A stretch of DNA of 64,000 nucleotides from the human T2T-CHM13v2.0 reference genome, Homo sapiens: NCBI RefSeq assembly GCF_009914755.1, contig NC_060940.1. The stretch is one strand, 5' to 3'. Position numbers and translations under genes: made by a program. Shown here one piece after another: positions 13,166 to 29,100 of the stretch. Every line of letters starts with the position of its first letter. Positions within the stretch are counted from its first letter, which is position 1. The notes below the pieces were generated by a model. That model was not told where the DNA came from and made no database searches. It saw nothing but the letters and a program-made list of their open reading frames with translations.

Positions 13166-16100
13166 TCCACTCGATTCCATTTGATGATTATTCCATTGGA
13201 GTCCACTTAGTGAATCCTTTAGATTCTACTCGAAGATGATTCCATTCGAGTCCATTCGATGATACCATTCAATTCCATTCGTTGATGCTTCCATTCAAGT
13301 GCATTCGATGATATCATTCGATTCCATTTGATGATAATTCCATTTGATTCCATGCGATGATTCTATTCGATTCCATTCAATGATAATTCCATTCAATTCA
13401 GTGATTCCTCTGGACTCCATTTGATGATGATTCCATTCAATGATTCCATTCGATTCTATTCGAAAATGATTCCATTTGAATCCATTTGATGATGATTCCA
13501 TTGGATTCCATTTGATGATTCCATTCGATTCCATTCGATGATGATTCCATTCGATTCCTTTTGATGAATCCATTCTATTGTATTCGATGATGATTCCATT
13601 CGATTCCATTCGATGATGATTGGATTCGATTCCATTTGATGATTTCATTTGATTCCATTCGATAATGATTTCGATCAATTCCATTCGATGATTCCATTCG
13701 ATTCCATTCGATAATGATTACATCCGAGTCCATTCGATGATTCCATTTGAGCCCGTTCGATAATTCCATTTGAGTCCAACCAATGATTCCATTCATTTCC
13801 ATTCAATGATTCCATTCGAGTCCATTTGATCATTCCGGTAGGGTCCGTTCGATGTTGATTCCATTGGAGTGCATTCGATGATTCCATTCGAGTCCATTTT
13901 AGGATTTGATTCGAGTCCTTTCGATGATTCCATTCGATTCCACTCGATGATTTCATTCGAGTCCATTCGACACTTCCAATCGATTCCATTTGATGTTTCC
14001 ATTCGATTCCAATTGATGATTCCATTCAATTCCATTCGATGATGATTCCGTACGATTCCATTCTGTGATGATTCCATGTGATTGCATTCAATGATGATTC
14101 CTTTCGATTGCATTCGATTATGATTCATTTCGTGTTCATTCTATGGTTCCACAGGTTTCCATTCGATGATGTTTCCATTCGTGTCCATTCCATTATTCCA
14201 TTCTATTCCATTTGAAGATGATTCCATTCGATTCCATTCATTGGTGATTCCACTCAATTCCATTCAATGATTCCATTCCATTTCTTTCAACAATGATTCC
14301 ATTAGTTTCTATTCGATGATCCACTTGATTCCATTTGGCGATGATTCCATTCGTGTCCATTCGATGATTCCATTTGATTCCATATGATGATGATTCCATT
14401 CGATTCCATACCATGATGATTCCATTCGAGTCCATTCAATGGTGATTCCATTCAATTCCATTCGATGATTCCTTTCGATTCCATTCAATGATGATGGCAT
14501 TCGATTCCTTTCGATCATTCCCTTTGATTCCATTCAAAGGTGATTTCATTCAAGTCCATTCGATAATTGCATTCGATTCCATTCTATGATGATTCCATTC
14601 GAGTCCATTTGATGATTCCATTCAATTCAAGTCAATGATGATTCCATTCGATTCCACTCGATGATTCCATTGGATTCCATTCGATGATGATTCCATTCAA
14701 ATCCATTCGATAATTCAATTCAAGTCCATTCGATGATGATTCCAATCGAATCCATTCAAAGATTCCACTCAATTCCATTCGATGATGATTCCCTTAGATT
14801 CCATTCGATGATTCCACTTGATTCCATTTACGATGATTCCATTCGATTCCATGTGATGATTCCATTCAATTCTATTCAATGATGTTTCCACTTGATTCCA
14901 TTCGAACATGATTGCCTTTGATTCCATTCAATGATTCCATACGGTTCCATTTGATGATGATTCCATTCGAGTGCATTAGATGATTCCATTCGAGTCCATT
15001 CGATGATTCCATTCGATTCCATTCGATGTTGATTCTGTTCAAATCCATTCGATGATTCCACTCGATTCCATTCGATGACTCCATTTGATCCCATTCGATG
15101 ATTTCCTTTGATTCCCTTTGATGATCATTCCATTTGATTCAATTCGGTGATTTCATTTGATACCATTCAGTGATGTTTCCATTCAACTCCTTTCGATGAT
15201 GATTCCATTCGACTCCATTCGATTATGATTTCATTCAATTCCATTCGATAATGATTCCCTTCAAGTCCATTCGATGATTCCATTCGATTCCATTCAACGA
15301 TGATTTGATTCGTGTCCATTCGATGATTCCATTTGATTCCATTTGATGATGATTCCATTCGAGTCCCTTTGATGATTCCATTCAATTCCATTCTCCGATG
15401 ATTTCTTTTGAGCCCATTCAATGCTTCCACTCGATTCCATATGATGATGACTCCATTTGATGAAATTCCATGATGATTCCATTCGCTTGCATTCGATGAT
15501 GATTCCACTTGAGTCCGTTAGAAGATTCTATTCAATTACATTCCATGACGATTCTGTTCGAGTCCATTTGATGATTCCATTAGACTCCATTCGACGATGA
15601 TTCCATTCGATGTTATTCGATGATGATTCCATTCAACTCCATTCGATGTTTCCATTCGAGTTCATTCTATTATTCCATTAGATTCCATTCGATGATGATT
15701 CCATTCGATTCCATTTGATGATTGCATTCTATTTCATTTGATGATGATTCCATTCGAGTCCATTCGATGATTCCATTCGAGTCCATTTAATGAATCCATT
15801 GGTTTCAATTCTATGATGATTACATTGGATTCCATTCGTTGATGATTTCATTCGATTCCATTCAATGATGATTCCATTCAATTCCATTCAATGATTCCAT
15901 TCAATTCCATACGATGATGATTCCATTTGATTTGATTCGACAGTGAGCCATTCGATTCAATTCCATGATGATTCTATTTGATTCAATTGGTTGACATTTC
16001 CATTCGATTCCATTCGATGATGATTCCATTTGATTCCATTCAAAGATGATTCCATTCTAGCCCATTCAATCATTCCATTCGATTCTATTCAATGATGATT

Positions 16101-19100
16101 CCATTCATGTCGATTTGGTGATTCCATTTGACTTCATTTGATGATGATTCCTTTCAAGTTCATTAGATGATTCCATTCGATTCCATTTGATGATGATCCC
16201 ATTCGAGTCCATTCAGTGATTCCACTCGTTTCCATTCCATGATGATTCCATTCCATTCCATTCAATGATTCCATTCGATTCCGTTTGATGATGATTTCAT
16301 TCGAGTCCATTTGATGATTCCATTTGATTCCATTCGATGATGATTACATTCGAGTCCATACGATGATTCCACTCAATTCCATATGATGATGATTCCATTC
16401 GATTCCATTCGATGATTCCATTCTATTCTATTCAATGGTGATTCCATTCGAGTACATTAGATGATTCCATTCGATTCCATTCAATGATGATTCTATTTGT
16501 GTCCCTTAGATGGTTCCACATGATTCCATTTCATGATGATACTATTTGAGCCCATCCAATGATTCCCTTCGATTCCATTCGATGAGGATTCCATTCGATT
16601 CAATTCATTGGTGATTCTATTCAATTCAATTCTTTGATTCCATTCCATTCCATTCGACAATGATTCCATTCGATTTCTTTCGATGATTCCACTCCATTCC
16701 ACTTGACATTGATTCCATTCGATTCCATTCAATGATTCCGTTTGATTCCAGTGGATGATGATTGCCATCGATTCCATTCGATCACTCCATTCTATTCCAT
16801 TTGATGATGATTACATTCGATTCCATTTGATGATTCCATCTGATTCTATTCGAGGATTCCATTTGATTCCATTCGATGATGATTCCATTCGAGTGCATTC
16901 GATGATTTCATTCGAGTACATCCAATGATTCCATTCGAGTCCATTTGATGATTCCATTTGATTCCATTTCATTATGATTCTACTAGAGTCCATTCAATGA
17001 CTCCATTCGAATCCATTCTACAATTCCATTCGAGGCCATTCGATGATTCCATTTCATGATTCCATTCGAGTCCATTTAATCATTACAGTCGAGTCCATTT
17101 GGTGATTCCACTGGATTTCTTTTGATAATGATACCATTCAATTACATTTGATGATGATCCCATTCAATTTCATTTGATGGTGATTCCATTAGAGTCCATT
17201 CGATGATTTCATTCGAGTCCCTTCATTGATTCCATCCGATTTCATTGGATGATGACTCCATTCGAGTCCATTCGATGATTCCACTCGATTCCATTAGATG
17301 ATTCCATTGGAGTCCATTTGATTGTTCCATTCGATTCTATTCGATTCCTTTCGAAGATTATTCCATTTGAGTCCATTCGATGATGATTCCATTCCATTCC
17401 ATTCGATGATTCCGTTTGATTCCATTCGATGATTCCCTTCGATTCCTTTCTTTGATGATTCCATTCCATTCCATTCAATGATTCCATTCGAATCTATTCC
17501 ATGATGATTCCTTTCGATTCCATTCGCTGATGTTTCCGTTCAATTCCATTCGATGATGATTCCATTCGATTCCATTCATTGAGGATTCCATTTGATTCCA
17601 TTCAATGATGATTCCATTCTATTCCATTCAATGATTGCATTCAATTCCATTCAATGATTATCCCCTTAGAGTAAACTCAACGATTCCATTCAATACCATT
17701 CGATGATGATTCCTTTTGAGTCCATTCAATGATTTCATTCAAGTCCATTTGATGATTCCTTTCAATTCCATTCTATGATGATTCCATTCGAGTCCATTCG
17801 ATGATTCCATTCGATTGCATTCGATGATTCCATTATATTCCATTCAACGATGATTCCATTCGAGTCCATTTGATGATTCCATTAGAGTACATTTAATGAT
17901 TGCTTTGTTTTCAATTCGAAGATGATTACATTGGATTCCATTCTATGATACCATTCGATTCCATTCAATGATGATTCCACTCAAATCCATTGGATGATTC
18001 CATTCGTGTCCATTCGGTGATTTCATTAGATTCCATTCGAGGATGATTCCATTCGATTCCATTCGATGATTCCATTCAATTCCATTCGATGATGATTCCA
18101 TTCCAGTCCATATGATCATTCCATTTGATTTCATTCGATGATGATTCCATTCGATTCCATTCGATGATTCCATTCGATTCCATTCGATGATGATTCCACT
18201 CGAGTCCATTCGATGATTCCATTCGAGTCCATTTAATGATTCCATTGGGTTCAATTCAATGATGATTACATTGGATTCCGTTCTATGATTCCATTCAATT
18301 CCGTTCATTGACAATTTGATTCCATTCGATGATGATTCCATTTGAGTTCATTCGATGATTCTATTCGATTCTCTTCGATGGTGATTCAATTCTATTATAT
18401 TGGATGATTCCATTCGATTCCATTTGATGTTGATTCAATTCGATTCTATTCGATGATGATTCCATTGGATTTCACTTGATGATTCTATTCGATTCCATTC
18501 AATGATGATTCACTTCTCGTCCATTGGATGATTCCATTTCATTCCATTCGATGATGATTCCATTCGATTCCATTCGATGATTCCATTTGATTCCATGCGT
18601 CGGTGAGCAATTCGATTCAATTCCATGATGATTCTATTTGATTCAATTAGATGATGTTTCCATTCGAATCCATTCCATGATTATTCCATTGGAATCCATT
18701 CGGCGATGATTCCATATGAGTCAATTCAATGATGATTCCATATGGGTCCGTTCGATGATAATTCCATTTGATTTCATTCGGTGCTTCTATTCAATTCCAG
18801 TCGATGATGATTCCGTTGGAGTCCATACGATGATTCCATTTGATTTCATTTGATGATGATTCCATTCGATGATGATTACATTGGATTCCATTCTATGATT
18901 CCATTCAATTCCATTCGTTGATGATTCGATTCCATTCAATGATGATTCCATTCGAGTTCATTCGATGATTCTATTCGATTCCGTTCGATGGTGATTCAAT
19001 TCTCTTATATTGGATGAATCCACTCGATTCCATTTGATGATTATTCCATTGGAGTCCACTTAGTGAATCCTTCAGATTCTACTCGAAGATGATTCCATTC

Positions 19101-21307
19101 AAGTCCATTCGATGATACCATTCAATTCCATTCGTTGATGCTTCCATTCAAGTGCATTCGATGATATCATTCGATTCCATTTGATGATAATTCCATTTGA
19201 TTCCATGCGATGATTCTATTCGATTCCATTCAATGATAATTCCATTCAGTTCAGTGATTCCTCTGGACTCCATTTGATGATGATTCCATTCAATGATTCC
19301 ATTCGATTCTATTCGAAAATGATTCCATTTGAATCCATTTGATGATGATTCCATTAGATTCCATTTGATGATTCCATTCGATTCCATGCGACGATGATTC
19401 CATTCGATTCCATGTGATGATTCCATTCTATTCTATTCGATGATGATTCCATTCGATTCCATTCGATGATGATTGGATTCGATTCCATTTGATGATTTCA
19501 TTTGATTCCATTCGTTAATGATTTCGATCAATTCCATTCGATGATTCCATTCGATTCCATTCGATAATGATTACATCCGTGTCCATTCAGTGATTCCATT
19601 TGAGCCTGTTCGATAATTCCATTTGAGTCCAACCAATGATTCCATTCATTTCCATTCAATGATTCCATTCGAGTCCATTTGATCATTCCGGTAGGGTCCA
19701 TTCGATGTTGATTCCATTGGAGTGCATTCGATGATTCCATTCGAGTCCATTTTATGATTTGATTCGAGTCCTTTTGATGATTCCATTCGATTCCACTCGA
19801 TGATGATTTCATTCGAGTCCATTCGACACTTCCAATCGATTCCATTTGATGTTTCCATTCGAGTCCAATTGATGATTCCATTCAATTCCATTCGATGATG
19901 ATTCCGTACGATTCCATTCTGTGATGATTCCATGTGATTGCATTCAATGATGATTCCTTTCGATTGCATTCGATTATGATTCATTTCGTGTTCATTCTAT
20001 GGTTCCACAGGTTTCCATTCGATGACGTTTCCGTTCGTGTCCATTCCATTATTCCATTCTATTTCATTTGATGATGATTCCATTCGATTCCATTCATTGG
20101 TGATTCCACTCAATTCCATTCAATGATTCCATTCCATTTCTTTCAACAATGATTCCATTAGTTTCTATTCGATGATCCACTTGATTCCATTTGGCGATGA
20201 TTCCATTCGTGTCCATTCGATGATTCCATTTGATTCCATATGATGATGATTCCATTCGATTCCATACGATGATGATTCCATTCGAGTCCATTCAATGGTG
20301 ATTCCATTCAATTCCATTCGATGATTCCTTCCGATTCCATTCGATGATGATGGCATTCGATTCCTTTCAATCATTCCCTTTGATTCCATTCAAAGGTGAT
20401 TTCATTCAAGTCCATTCGATAATTGCATTCGATTCCATTCTATGATGATTCCATTCGAGTCCATTTGATGATTCCATTCAATTCAAGTCAATGATGATTC
20501 CATTCAATTCCACTCGATGATTCCATTGGATTCCATTCGATGATGATTCCATTCAAATCCATTCGATAATTCAATTCAAGTCCATTCGATGATGATTCCA
20601 ATCGAATCCATTCAAAGATTCCATTCAATTCCATTCGATGATGATTCCCTTAGATTCCATTCGATGATTCCACTTGATTCCATTTACGATGATTCCATTC
20701 GATTCCATGTGATGATTCCATTCAATTCTATTCAATGATGTTTCCATTTGATTCCATTCGACCATGATTGCCTTTGATTCCATTCAATGATTCCATTCGG
20801 TTCCATTTGATGATGATTCCGTTCGATTCCATTTCATTATTCCATTTGATTCCATTGGATGAGTCCATTCGATTACATTCGATGATTATTCCATTCGAGT
20901 GCATTAGATGATTCCATTCGAGTCCATTCGATGATTCCATTCGATTCCATTCGATGTTGATTCTGTTCAAATCCATTCGATGATTCCACTCGATTCCATT
21001 CGATGACTCCATTTGATCCCATTCGATGATTTCCTGTGATTCCCTTTGATGATCATTCTATTTGATTCAATTCGGTGATTTCATTTCATTCCATTCAGTG
21101 ATGTTTCCATTCGACTGTATTCGATGATGATTCCATTCGACTCCATTCGATTATGATTTCATTCAATTCCATTCAATAATGATTCCCTTCGAGTCCATTC
21201 GATGATTCCATTCGATTCCATTCAACGATGATTTGATTCGTTTCCATTCGATGATTCCATTTGATTCCACTTGTTGATGATTCCATTCGAGTCCATTTGA
21301 TGATTCC

Positions 21308-23148
21308 ATTCGAGTCTATTTATGTATTATATTCGTGTCCACTTCATGATTCCATTCAATTCCATTTAATGTTGATTCCATTTGATTCCATTTGATGATT
21401 CAGTTCGATTCCTTGCAATGATTCCCTACGATTCCTTTCTATGATGATTCCATTCGATTCCATTCATTGATGATTTCATTCGACTCCATTCGATGATGAT
21501 TCCTTTCGATTCCATTTGACGATGTTTCCATTCGAGTCCATTCGATGATGATTCTATTCAATTCTGTTCTATTATGATTCCATTCGATTTCATTCAATGC
21601 TTCTATTTGATTCCATTCGATGATGATTCTATCTCTTTCCCTTCGATGATTCCATTTGATTCCATTCAGTGATGATTCCATTTGATTCCATCTGATGATG
21701 ATTTCACTTGATTCCTTTCAATGATGATTCAATTCAAGTCCATTCGATGATTCCATTGGAGTCCAAACGATCATTCCGTTCGATTCCATTCAATGGTGAT
21801 TCCATTCATGTCCATTCGATGAATCCATTCAATTCCATTCGATGATGACTCCATTCGAGTACATTCGATGATTCCATTTGATTCCATTTGAAGATGATTC
21901 CATTCAATTCCATTCGAAGATGATTCCATTCAATTCCATTCGATGATGATTCCGTATGAATCCATTCTCTGATTATTCCATTCGATTCCATTCATTGACG
22001 ATTCCATTCAATTCCATTCAAAGATGATTCTCTTCTATTCCATTCGATGATTCCGGTCGATTCCATTCGATGATGATTCCATTAGATTCCATTCGATTGT
22101 TGCATTCGATTCCCTTCGATGATGATTCCTTTGAATTCCATTCGATTATCATTCCGTATGAATCCATTTGATGATTATTCCATTGGATTCCTTTCGATGA
22201 TGATTCCATTCAATTCCATTTGATGATGTTTCTCTTGTATTCCATTGGATAATTCCTTTCAGTTCCCTACGATGATTATTCTTTCGAGTCAATTCGATGA
22301 TTCTATTCCATTCCCTTCGATGATGATTCCATTTCACTCCATTTGATGATTCCATTCGACTCAATTTGGTGATGATTCAATTCGATGACATTCGATGACT
22401 CCATTCAATTTCATTTGATGATGATTACATTCGAGTCCATTTGATGATTGTATTCCTTTCCTTTTGATGATTATTCCATTCGTGTCTATTCAAAGGTTCC
22501 ATTCTATTCCATTCAATGATGATTGCATTTGATTCCATTCAATGATTATGGCTATCGATTCCACTCGTTGATTCCATTTGATTCCGTTCGATGATTATTC
22601 CGTTAGATTCCATTAGAAGATTCCATTCGATTTTATTCAATGATTCCAATGGATTCCATTCAATGATGATTCCATTCGACTCCATTCAGTGATTCCATTC
22701 GAGTCCATTTGATGATTCCATTCTTTTCCATTTGATGATGATTCCATTAGGGTCCATTCAATGATTCCATTCGAGTCCATTCGTTAATGCCTTTCGAGTC
22801 CTTTTGATCACTACATTCGAGTCCATTCAGTGATTCTATTCGATTCCATTCCATGATGATTCCATTCGAGTTCATTCGATGATTGCATTCGAGTCCATTT
22901 GATGATTCCATATGATTCCCTTCGACAATGATTCCATTCGTGTCCATTTGATGATTCCATTCATTTCCTATCGATGAAGATTCCATTCAAGTGTATTCGA
23001 TGATTCCATTCAAATCCATTCGATGATGATTCCATTCCAGTCCATTCGATCATTCCACTTGATTCCATTTGATGACTATTCCATTCAAATCCATTTGATG
23101 ATTCCATTCGATTCCATTCGATGTTACCATTCGAGTATATACGATGAT
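21308..23148 (+). repeat. Non-unit HSat2 block 'E', copy 2
   Basis: Same markers as 11325-13165 at offset 9983. Confidence 0.85.
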
Positions 23149-26100
23149 TCCACTCGATTCCATTTGATGATTATTCCATTGGAGTCCACTTAGTGAATCC
23201 TTTAGATTCTACTCGAAGATGATTCCATTCGAGTCCATTCGATGATACCATTCAATTCCATTCGTTGATGCTTCCATTCAAGTGCATTCGATGATATCAT
23301 TCGATTCCATTTGATGATAATTCCATTTGATTCCATGCGATGATTCTATTCGATTCCATTCAATGATAATTCCATTCAATTCAGTGATTCCTCTGGACTC
23401 CATTTGATGATGATTCCATTCAATGATTCCATTCGATTCTATTCGAAAATGATTCCATTTCAATCCATTTGATGATGATTCCATTGGATTCCATTTGATG
23501 ATTCCATTCGATTCCATTCGATGATGATTCCATTCGATTTCTTTTGATGATTCCATTCTATTGTATTCGATGATGATTCCATTCGATTCCATTCGATGAT
23601 GATTGGATTCGATTCCATTTGATGATTTCATTTGATTCCATTCGATAATGATTTCGATCAATTCCATTCGATGATTCCATTCGATTCCATTCGATAATGA
23701 TTACATCCGAGTCCATTCGATGATTCCATTTGAGCCCGTTCGATAATTCCATTTGAGTCCAATCAATGATTCCATTCATTTCCATTCAATGATTCCATTC
23801 GAGTCCATTTGATCATTCCGGTAGGGTCCGTTCGATGTTGATTCCATTGGAGTGCATTCGATGATTCCATTCGAGTCCATTTTAGGATTTGATTCGAGTC
23901 CTTTCGATGATTCCATTCGATTCCACTCGATGATGATTTCATTCGAGTCCATTGGACACTTCCAATCGATTCCATTTGATGTTTCCATTCGATTCCAATT
24001 GATGATTCCATTCAATTCCATTCGATGATGATTCCGTATGATTCCATTCTGTGATGATTCCATGTGATTGCTTTCAATGATGATTCCTTTCGATTGCATT
24101 CGATTATGATTCATTTCGTGTTCATTCTATGGTTCCACAGGTTTCCATTCGATGATGTTTCCATTCGTGTCCATTCCATTATTCCATTCTATTCCATTTG
24201 AAGATGATTCCATTCGATTCCATTCATTGGTGATTCCACTCAATTCCATTCAATGATTCCATTCCATTTCTTTCAACAATGATTCCATTAGTTTCTATTC
24301 GATGATCCACTTGATTCCATTTGACGATGATTCCATTCGTGTCCATTCGATGATTCCATTTGATTCCATATGATGATGATTCCATTCGATTCCATACGAT
24401 GATGATTCCATTCGAGTCCATTCAATGGTGATTCCATTCAATTCCATTCGATGATTCCTTCCGATTCCATTCCATGATGATGGCATTCGATTCCTTTCGA
24501 TCATTCCCTTTGATTCCATTCAAAGGTGATTTCATTCAAGTCCATTCGATAATTGCATTCGATTCCATTCTATGATGATTCCATTCGAGTCCATTTGATG
24601 ATTCCATTCAATTCAAGTCAATGATGATTCCATTCGATTCCACTCGATGATTCCATTGGATTCCATTCGATGATGATTCCATTCAAATCCATTCGATAAT
24701 TCAATTCAAGTCCATTCGATGATGATTCCAATCGAATCCATTCAAAGATTCCACTCAATTCCATTCGATGATGATTCCCTTAGATTCCATTCGATGATTC
24801 CACTTGATTCCATTTACGATGATTCCATTCGATTCCATGTGATGATTCCATTCAATTCTATTCAATGATGTTTCCACTTGATTCCATTCGAACATGATTG
24901 CCTTTGATTCCATTCAATGATTCCATACGGTTCCATTTGATGATGATTCCATTCGAGTGCATTAGATGATTCCATTCGAGTCCATTCGATGATTCCATTC
25001 GATTCCATTCGATGTTGATTCTGTTCAAATCCATTCGATGATTCCACTCGATTCCATTCGATGACTCCATTTGATCCCATTCGATGATTTCCTTTGATTC
25101 CCTTTGATGATCATTCCATTTGATTCAATTCGGTGATTTCATTTGATTCCATTCAGTGATGTTTCCATTCAACTCCTTTCGATGATGATTCCATTCGACT
25201 CCATTCGATTATGATTTCATTCAATTCCATTCGATAATGATTCCCTTCAAGTCCATTCGATGATTCCATTCGATTCCATTCAACGATGATTTGATTCGTG
25301 TCCATTCGATGATTCCATTTGATTCCATTTGATGATGATTCCATTCGAGTCCCTTTGATGATTCCATTCAATTCCATTCTCCGATGATTTCTTTTGAGCC
25401 CATTCAATGCTTCCACTCGATTCCATATGATGATGACTCCATTTGATGAAATTCCATGATGATTCCATTCGCTTGCATTCGATGATGATTCCACTTGAGT
25501 CCGTTAGAAGATTCTATTCAATTACATTCCATGACGATTCTGTTCGAGTCCATTTGATGATTCCATTAGACTCCATTCGACGATGATTCCATTCGATGTT
25601 ATTCGATGATGATTCCATTCAACTCCATTCGATGTTTCCATTCGAGTTCATTCTATTATTCCATTAGATTCCATTCGATGATGATTCCATTCGATTCCAT
25701 TTGATGATTGCATTCTATTTCATTTGATGATGATTCCATTCGAGTCCATTCGATGATTCCATTCGAGTCCATTTAATGAATCCATTGGTTTCAATTCTAT
25801 GATGATTACATTGGATTCCATACGTTGATGATTTCATTCGATTCCATTCAATGATGATTCCATTCAATTCCATTCAATGATTCCATTCAATTCCATACGA
25901 TGATGATTCCATTTGATTTGATTCGACAGTGAGCCATTCGATTCAATTCCATGATGATTCTATTTGATTCAATTGGTTGACATTTCCATTCGATTCCATT
26001 CGATGATGATTCCCTTTGATTCCATTCAAAGATGATTCCATTCTAGCCCATTCAATCATTCCATTCGATTCTATTCAATGATGATTCCATTCATGTCGAT

Positions 26101-29100
26101 TTGGTGATTCCATTTGACTTCATTTGATGATGATTCCTTTCAAGTTCATTAGATGATTCCATTCGATTCCATTTGATGATGATCCCATTCGAGTCCATTC
26201 AGTGATTCCACTCGTTTCCATTCCATGATGATTCCATTCCATTCCATTCAATGATTCCATTCGATTCCGTTTGATGATGATTTCATTCGAGTCCATTTGA
26301 TGATTCCATTTGATTCCATTCGATGATGATTACATTCGAGTCCATACGATGATTCCACTCAATTCCATATGATGATGATTCCATTCGATTCCATTCGATG
26401 ATTCCATTCTATTCTATTCAATGGTGATTCCATTCGAGTACATTAGATGATTCCATTCGATTCCATTCAATGATGATTCTATTTGTGTCCCTTAGATGGT
26501 TCCACATGATTCCATTTCATGATGATACTATTTGAGCCCATCCAATGATTCCCTTCGATTCCATTCGATGAGGATTCCATTCGATTCAATTCATTGGTGA
26601 TTCTATTCAATTCAATTCTTTGATTCCATTCCATTCCATTCGACAATGATTCCATTCGATTTCTTTCGATGATTCCACTCCATTCCACTTGACATTGATT
26701 CCATTCGATTCCATTCAATGATTCCGTTTGATTCCAGTGGATGATGATTGCCATCGATTCCATTCGATCACTCCATTCTATTCCATTTGATGATGATTAC
26801 ATTCGATTCCATTTGATGATTCCATCTGATTCTATTCGAGGATTCCATTTGATTCCATTCGATGATGATTCCATTCGAGTCCATTCGATGATTTCATTCG
26901 AGTACATCCAATGATTCCATTCGAGTCCATTTGATGATTGCATTTGATTCCATTTCATTATGATTCTACTAGAGTCCATTCAATGACTCCATTCGAATCC
27001 ATTCAACAATTCCATTCGAGGCCATTCGATGATTCCATTTCATGATTCCATTCGAGTCCATTTAATCATTACAGTCGAGTCCATTTGGTGATTCCACTGG
27101 ATTTCTTTTGATAATGATACCATTCAATTACATTTGATGATGATCCCATTCAATTTCATTTGATGGTGATTCCATTAGAGTCCATTCGATGATTTCATTC
27201 GAGTCCCTTCATTGATTCCATCCGATTTCATTGGATGATGACTCCATTCGAGTCCATTCGATGATTCCACTCGATTCCATTAGATGATTCCATTGGAGTC
27301 CATTTGATTGTTCCATTCGATTCTATTCGATTCCTTTCGAAGATTATTCCATTTGAGTCCATTCGATGATGATTCCATTCCATTCCATTCGATGATTCCG
27401 TTTGATTCCATTCGATGATTCCCTTCGATTCCTTTCTTTGATGATTCCATTCCATTCCATTCAATGATTCCGTTCGAATCTATTCCATGATGATTCCTTT
27501 CGATTCCATTCGCTGATGTTTCCGTTCAATTCCATTCGATGATGATTCCATTCGATTCCATTCATTGAGGATTCCATTTGATTCCATTCAATGATGATTC
27601 CATTCTATTCCATTCAATGATTGCATTCAATTCCATTCAATGATTATCCCCTTAGTGTAAACTCAACGATTCCATTCAATACCATTCGATGATGATTCCT
27701 TTTGAGTCCATTCAATGATTTCATTCAAGTCCATTTGATGATTCCTTTCAATTCCATTCTATGATGATTCCATTCGAGTCCATTCGATGATTCCATTCGA
27801 TTGCATTCGATGATTCCATTATATTCCATTCAACGATGATTCCATTCGAGTCCATTCGATGATTCCATTAGAGTACATTTAATGATTGCTTTGTTTTCAA
27901 TTCGAAGATGATTACATTGGATTCCATTCTATGATACCATTCGATTCCATTCAATGATGATTCCACTCAAATCCATTGGATGATTCCATTCGTGTCCGTT
28001 CGGTGATTTCATTAGATTCCATTCGAGGATGATTCCATTCGATTCCATTCGATGATTCCATTCAATTCCATTCGATGATGATTCCATTCCAGTCCATATG
28101 ATCATTCCATTTGATTTCATTTGATGATGATTCCATTCGATTCCATTCGATGATTCCATTCTATTCCATTCGATGATGATTCCACTCGAGTCCATTCGAT
28201 GATTCCATTCGAGTCCATTTAATGATTCCATTGGGTTCAATTCAATGATGATTACATTGGATTCCGTTCTATGATTCCATTCAATTCCGTTCATTGACAA
28301 TTTGATTCCATTCGATGATGATTCCATTTGAGTTCATTCGATGATTCTATTCGATTCTCTTCGATGGTGATTCAATTCTATTATATTGGATGATTCCATT
28401 CGATTCCATTTGATGTTGATTCAATTCGATTCTATTCGATGATGATTCCATTGGATTTCACTTGATGATTCTATTCGATTCCATTCAATGATGATTCACT
28501 TCTCGTCCATTGGATGATTCCATTTCATTCCATTCGATGATGATTCCATTCGATTCCATTCGATGATTCCATTTGATTCCATGCGTCGGTGAGCAATTCG
28601 ATTCAATTCCATGATGATTCTATTTGATTCAATTAGATGATGTTTCCATTCGAATCCATTCCATGATTATTCCATTGGAATCCATTCGGCGATGATTCCA
28701 TATGAGTCAATTCAATGATGATTCCATATGGGTCCGTTCGATGATAATTCCATTTGATTTCATTCAATGCTTCTATTCTATTCCAGTCGATGATGATTCC
28801 GTTGGAGTCCATACGATGATTCCATTTGATTTCATTTGATGATGATTCCATTCGATGATGATTACATTGGATTCCATTCTATGATTCCATTCAATTCCAT
28901 TCGTTGATGATTCGATTCCATTCAATGATGATTCCATTTGAGTTCATTCGATGATTCTATTCGATTCCGTTCGATGGTGATTCAATTCTCCTATATTGGA
29001 TGAATCCACTCGATTCCATTTGATGATTATTCCATTGGAGTCCACTTAGTGAATCCTTCAGATTCTACTCGAAGATGATTCCATTCAAGTCCATTCGATG